DNA from: Spirogloea muscicola
Lineage: Eukaryota
Assembly (NCBI GenBank): GCA_009602725.1
Contig: WELB01000015.1
Span: 4,447-46,286 of the forward strand
DNA length: 41,840 nucleotides
Direction: 5' to 3'
Within the stretch, counting starts at the first letter, position 1; each line of letters opens with the position of its first letter. The notes below the pieces were generated by a model, which was not told where the DNA came from, made no database searches, and saw nothing but the letters and a program-made list of their open reading frames with translations. Positions 36,301 to 41,840 of this stretch are shown here, in pieces. Both the position numbers and the translations under genes were made by a program.

Positions 36301-39300
36301 TCAATTAAGCCAGCTTCCTGGAAGGGCTAAAGCATGGAAATTGCCAAAACCTCATCTGAGCAAAGTGAGTGGCCTGTTCACTCTTCTCGATCCGCCACTG
36401 CTCTTGCAGCAGACGTTCTGATGTCGAGCATTCAGGTGTGCTCAGTAATCTCAGAGGGCGGAAGAGGTCCAACTGCAGACGCACAGAGGGAAAAGCGTGG
36501 CCAAGCCCGTCAGAGTAAGTGCCAGAAGGTTACTCACACTACGATGCCATGCATTACTACAAGCAGCCATACAAGCGAGCAGATTGTAAGCAGATTAGCA
36601 TGCAGTTGCTGCGCCAGTGGCGTACCGTGATGGAGTCCATTGTTACATCTTTGGCGATTCCTTTTGCAACGGCGACCTGCCCAGCCTTGGTGCTAAGTTT
36701 CTGGGTGCAGCACCAGAAGAAAGCCATGAAATCGTTACTGCTGATGCGAGGTCTGGCATTGAAGCTAAAGTCTTCAATGGTCAGCTGACGTCTGGGTCCT
36801 TCACATATGTCTTGCCCCATAGCAATAAGTGTAGTGACCTGAAGATGCATCTGAGAGAATTGCCAGCCAGAGGGCTCACCACATGGTCGCCTGGATTGAA
36901 AGAGCTCTCCAGCCCCCCTTGAGCCCTGCACGTTGCAGAACCATGACTGCAGGATCTCTGGAACGTGTACATGTTCCTGCTTTTGCTGTGAGATGATGGC
37001 ATAGGGATGAGCACCATGAAGTCACAGCAGTTCCCTTGGTCGTCTGGAGTGTCTCTAGAGGAGTGTTCTGCCTGTAGTACCACGTGCATCAAATTAGACT
37101 GCTTGCCAAGTCAAGAACCCAAAGGCAAGACCAGCCAGGCGCATACACTGGAATGCGGAGCTAATTCTGGAGCAAGTACACAAAAAGTGCTGCCGACTGA
37201 CTTTATTACAAAACATCTACAGATGGGCTGCTCTTGAAAGCGCGCTTTTACCAATCTTATGACTTGTAGAAGTTGCGAAAGGTGACCTGAGCAGCCTGAC
37301 ATTCCAAGTCAATTAGTTGATCCCAATGTTGTAAGAATGCGGCGTCAGCGCTGCTCAAATGCCCGGTGCGCTCCTCGAAGAGCTTCCCCAGTCCACTGGT
37401 TTCTGCTGTGCCGCCTTCAAGTGTCTGTGAGTGCCACACAGCAATGTAGTCATGACATCATTACACGACTGCCTTCTGGAGCCAGGTGTGAAATATGTTA
37501 CACTTGGATATCACACATGCATCTAACATCTGTCAACATTCTACCTTGTGATAAGCCGTGCAAACATCCAGGTGGGAGCAACCGCTGCAGACGTGCAGGT
37601 TCTGCGCAGCAGAAAGCTCGTCAAGCACTGCCGCCTTGATGCAGACTTCTTCAGAAATAAGGGCAAGAATGCCTATAATTCGATTCAGTGCCAAGCTGCA
37701 AGTCAACCTACCACATCTGGTTCTCAGGACCTTGCAAGTGCTATCTTGTGGACAGGATGTAGCCTCGAGAATAGTAAGTGTTCATTGAGAATGCCAGTGC
37801 ACCTTGAGCATGGGGGGCAGAAGCTGAGACAGTGAAGCGTCATGGAGCTGGGAGGCCATCTCATTGCGGCGCATGACAAGACCCACAAGGTCCGCACGCT
37901 GAGGCGTCACGCCCTGCAGGTCGTACCATGTTATGCGCTGGGGCTTATTGTTAGGCACAGCGTTCTCAAGAAACCGCACTCCTCCATTATCTGCCTTAAA
38001 TCTCAGTTTGAGTTCAATAGTGACCTTTACTCCCCTGAAAGCCAAGCCCCAGTCTCTCAAGCTGTACTCAGGCAGACGGCCACATACTGATGTAAACATA
38101 TTTCACTGTTGGGTTACATGGGGAGCATGCTTGCACCTGCATGACATCTACGTGCATGTGGTACAGGAGACCAGCATCCACCAGTTCTCCATACCTTTCA
38201 AATCCAAATGCAAAAGATTATTGACAAGTCAGGAAAGCACGTGTACTAAGAATCAAATATCTGCATAATTGGCAACGTGATGATCACCCTAGGTCCTGTC
38301 ATCAGGCATTGCCTCTTTGTAGAATGCTCGCGTTTACACATGAGAGACAACCTCGAGATGTGATGAGTTGTGCTCAACAAATTACAGAAGGTCATAAGCC
38401 TTGCCTCTCTGACATGAGAATTGTGTATAGCATGACCTGAGCTCTGTGCTCCAGCAATGTCTGAAGAGACGCAGGGATCACAACAGGGTACATCAGCGAT
38501 TTCTAAAGTAGCATATCCAGCCCATCAACTCAGGACAAAGCCTTCATGTGGTACAGTCGCTATTGGTATCTTACTATCAGTGACTCATCAGCCTATCTTG
38601 GTGATTGCAAGCCACAATGACTCGCATCTTATTGTGCATATCACACCTGTGAAGAGTGCCTTCTGCGTCGCCCTGAAATGTACCTGGCCTGAGACAGATG
38701 CACCCGTCTTCAGCTCAAACGGCATGATGGAGGCACCGCGTCCAACTTCTTGAACTCTCACTGATGCGTCAATCATGCCCTTGAGCCCATACGTTGGTGA
38801 GCTGATGGACTCCTCTATGTCCAAGACCTGCAGCACACAACACGTTTTGCATCAAGATTGCTGCACTGATGGCAAACCTTAAGGCATGGCTTGGCATGTA
38901 GAATGAGCAAAGGGCATGTCTTTTTGTATGCAGAATGCAGAGGGACGTAATGCAGAAGGTGCAGTTATCTTGAAGTGTGCATGAACAAGCCCTAAACCTA
39001 AAACCCTTAACCCTGAAACCTAAACCGATCTGCAAGTACAGAGGAAGCAAGCACACCTCAGCCTTGCAGATACTCCTCATGCCCTGTTTGGCCCCAAAAT
39101 CAACGGACTTCTGAGGTGGAAATTGGCAAGCACAAGGGCTCAGGATTACAGTCCATTATACACCACACAAGCTAGTCACAGATGCAAGCAAGTATGCAGC
39201 AGGGTGTAGCGCACCTGTGCTTGCATGAAAGTCTCCACGAAGTCCAGTATCTGGGGAGCTTTCTCCATAAGCTCCTCATACACAACTGCCTCCTTAGCTG

Positions 39301-41151
39301 CTCCATGTAGAAGGAGCACTTGGTCAAGCGTTGTTCATTGATCCAGATTCAACAGTCAGGTGCCTCATCTTCTCCAGGAAATATGTTGTATAGGCAATGG
39401 AATGTGCCGAAGCTTCTGGCTTGAAGGCAAGGCCGTTAGCTCCCCACCGATGAAATGGTTGATGATTCTCTAGCTTTGTGAGAAGTGCTTGACATACCTT
39501 TTATCTCATACAGGACGTCTATATGGTTCTGCACGATGTCCCAGGCCTGGGCAGACAGCAACTCTAAGCTGTTGGCATCTCCCAGCAGGGCCGCCTGCAA
39601 GATCATGTGCAGCTTGGGTGATGACCAATACCAGGCGAGGGTCGATTTCTCAACAGAAGTAGCATAAGGACGAAAGTAGCCCCGCCCACAATGTTGACAG
39701 CTGCATCTATGGCCTCTTATCTTCTTGAGAAGGTATAGTGGTTGGCATCATATTGAAGTCAGCAATGAAACCCACAACGTTCCACATTATCAGAATGTAT
39801 ACAGATGCAGTCTTGGTCACCAGATATTGCTATAGGACCTGGAAAAGCTGGTGAAGCATAGTCCCCTTCAGTGCAGCAGCCGTGGCCTCCTTGGCCTGCA
39901 CGCGCTCGTCAAGGACTGCCCTTCGGGGGCAGCCAAAGCTCCGGGCAACCTGGCACAAGCACGGGCGTCCTTGAAGGGCATGTACATCTTGTAATGGGCT
40001 TACTTAAGGGCCTAGACTCTGAGAGAATCCTGAGATCATTTGAAAGCATTCGATAACCCTGAAACGAAGCTCCTGCATCTCTACCATCTGCAGCCTGCCT
40101 CTGGTGGGCGCAACAGGCTTATCTATTGACATACAGCTTGCCACCTGGGTCGCCTTACCCTGGATCCTGAGAGGAGGAGCTGCGGATGCAGGACGATGAG
40201 GTTCTTCTGGCTGTTGACAGTGAACGGTGCATCCTGCAGCCCCGGCTCATCTTCGGAGCCGGGATCCCTCAAGAGGTTGATGCGATCCCCCGGCTTGACA
40301 TCTGAGTCATACCTGTCACGCACAATTACGCTTGTGTTAGGAAAGCACTTAGGAGAGCCAGTCATGTAGAGCTCTTGCACTTCATGCTGAGGACAGCGCT
40401 GTTGCACTGCATGCTGAGTTCAGTGCTCGCCATATGCCTTAGCATATCCTGCACTGCTATAAGTTCTAGTATATATTCTCCTCTGAGTTTCATATATGCC
40501 GAAATTCAGCCCCTCCAGCTCTGACGAGCTCTGTCCACCATCGTTGCTCGTGGGTACTTACCACTGGTCTTGCAGACACGCAGCTCCAACTATCTCTTGC
40601 CCAGTTTGCCGGAGGCGCAGGACCTGGAAGCACGTCCAACAGCCGGAGGTTATAGCAGATGTCCAAAAGCAAATGGGCAAAATCCTGATGAAGTCTGGCA
40701 CCAGGAATTGCCTCAAGGAGGTGCCTGACTTTGCATGCTTGACTTACGAGTCCCCAGAACGTCCAGTACCACAGTAAAACGGTAAAACCTTGGGCCCCAA
40801 TGAGAACAACCTCGAATAACTGTGTGTACAAGCGGCGCTCTTTCAATTACAGAATGTCAGAGTATGCGGTTGCCAGACCACTGGCTTACTCTTCCGAGCA
40901 CGGCTCACCTTCTGAGGTCCAGCCGCACCAGCCTCCTCTGTGACCTGCATGCCATGAAACGGATGAAGTCGTGAGACAAGGGCTCAAGGCGAGTCTGGGA
41001 CTTGGTCTCGGATGGGTGATATGCCACTTGGGCTGGTAGATGCAGCGCTGGCCACTGATCCCAGCGAGCTCACCTCGGCAACGACGAAGCTGAACAGGTG
41101 CCGCGCCGCTTGTTGAGGGGCCCGGCAGCTCGGCGTCCCCATGGGCCGCAT
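33363..41151 (-). CDS. DNA2: DNA2 nuclease/helicase (JHS1 homologue)
   Basis: Around 20 exons. Landmarks: HLFSFVVAE (exon ends 41074), VLRL..LQDQW|YDSDVKPGD..VLHPQLLLSGSR, CPRRAVLDER..GTMLHQLFQ, DIEESISSPTYGLKGMIDAS..ELKTG, HRAQVMLYTILMSER|Y, Fe-S CSGCSHLDVC, Walker A GMPGTGKT (~35520-35542), DEAGQ, GDDHQLPP, QYRM, TIDKYQ|GRDKD, WRRINVCLTRAKKKL. The start is at 41151 or 41251 (uncertain). Confidence 0.95.
38990..39027. repeat. Degenerate telomere-like (CCCTAAA) tract in a DNA2 intron
   Basis: ccctaaacctaaaacccttaaccctgaaacctaaacc. Confidence 0.75.
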
Positions 41152-41840
41152 CGTGCCGGCGGCGCTCGGCTGCTCACGGCCGCGGCGACCGGGACTCAGG
41201 CCGGCGCTCGCAAGCCGCAGGAGGGCAGGCGAAGCTGCGCACGCCGGCCATGGCCGCCACAGGGCGCGCTGGAGGAGAGGCCAAGTAAAATGGCGGGCCA
41301 GTTGGGGGGGGCGGTTTGAGGTTGTTTGGTTCGTAGCCCGGGCGCGCGCGGGAGGAGCTTCCCGAGTGGCTCCGTCTTGTCATCCAGATTGTCACTAGAT
41401 GATACCATACCTGTAGCTAAATATCACACGCATGTCTTGCTCGTGTTCTCAGTTTGCCTCCATGTCAAACTCCTTGCAGTTACGAGTCCCCACGCATTGT
41501 GAGGAGCATTGCTGTCAAAAGTCCAACATGTTGCTTGCTTCTCACACTTGGTTGGTCCCTTCGTGGGTGGAACCGTGTCTGACTTAGTACCCGTTCATAG
41601 CTCACATAGAAGCTCGATAGATCGTTCTTGAGCCCCACTTTGCATCCAGATGGAGGCATCTCTCACGGCAGGGCCCAACCCAGGCACGCCATAGCCGAGC
41701 TTCAGCAGACCACATCCCCGGCGCCCACCCGCTGCGCCCCCCACCCCCCGGCAGCGGGGCGCCATAGCCACGGCCAGAGGTCCCCGGCCCTCCCCGCGCC
41801 GCCGCCGCCGCCGCCGCCGCCTCCGCTGCCGGCGCCTCCG

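Noticed and set aside
41287..41365. E2F/YY1-like motifs upstream of DNA2 (AAAATGGCGG, GCGCGGGAG)
   Set aside because: Short and partly mismatched in GC-rich DNA with an unknown TSS, so not supportable alone.
41400..41840. Possible further DNA2 exons or a neighbouring gene at the window end
   Set aside because: No recognisable motif and no consistent splice chain.

Overview
Eukaryotic nuclear DNA, gene-dense and intron-rich, with very GC-rich 5' gene ends full of (GCC)n tracts. It is most consistent with a streptophyte (charophyte-grade) green alga, given an ELF3 homologue, land-plant actin intron positions, a U12-type intron and a cyanobacterial-type gene I do not know from flowering plants; the species cannot be fixed from the sequence. 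I reconstructed exon chains by hand for 13 genes: ELF3-like (+, 5' partial), plastid dihydrolipoamide dehydrogenase (+), a myosin-TH1-domain protein (-), FANCE-like (-, partial), an uncharacterised disordered protein (+), a cyanobacterial-type CofE/F420-0:gamma-glutamyl-ligase-like protein (-), an LTV1 fragment (-), THUMPD1/Tan1 (+), actin (-), a CAT9-like amino acid transporter (-), ZSWIM7/SWS1 (-), a FAM192A/NIP30-like protein (+) and DNA2 (-). Highlights are the intron-rich cyanobacterial CofE-like gene, an AT-AC minor-spliceosome intron, three GC-AG introns, a symmetric double-hairpin element upstream of the LPD gene tied to a dispersed ~58-bp repeat family, and C-terminal PIP/D-box motifs on DNA2. 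The assembly also appears to hide missing sequence at single Ns and (GCC)n tracts, which creates false gene fusions and overlaps. Family assignments come from remembered motifs, not database searches. I saw no rRNA, tRNA, CRISPR array or intact transposase.
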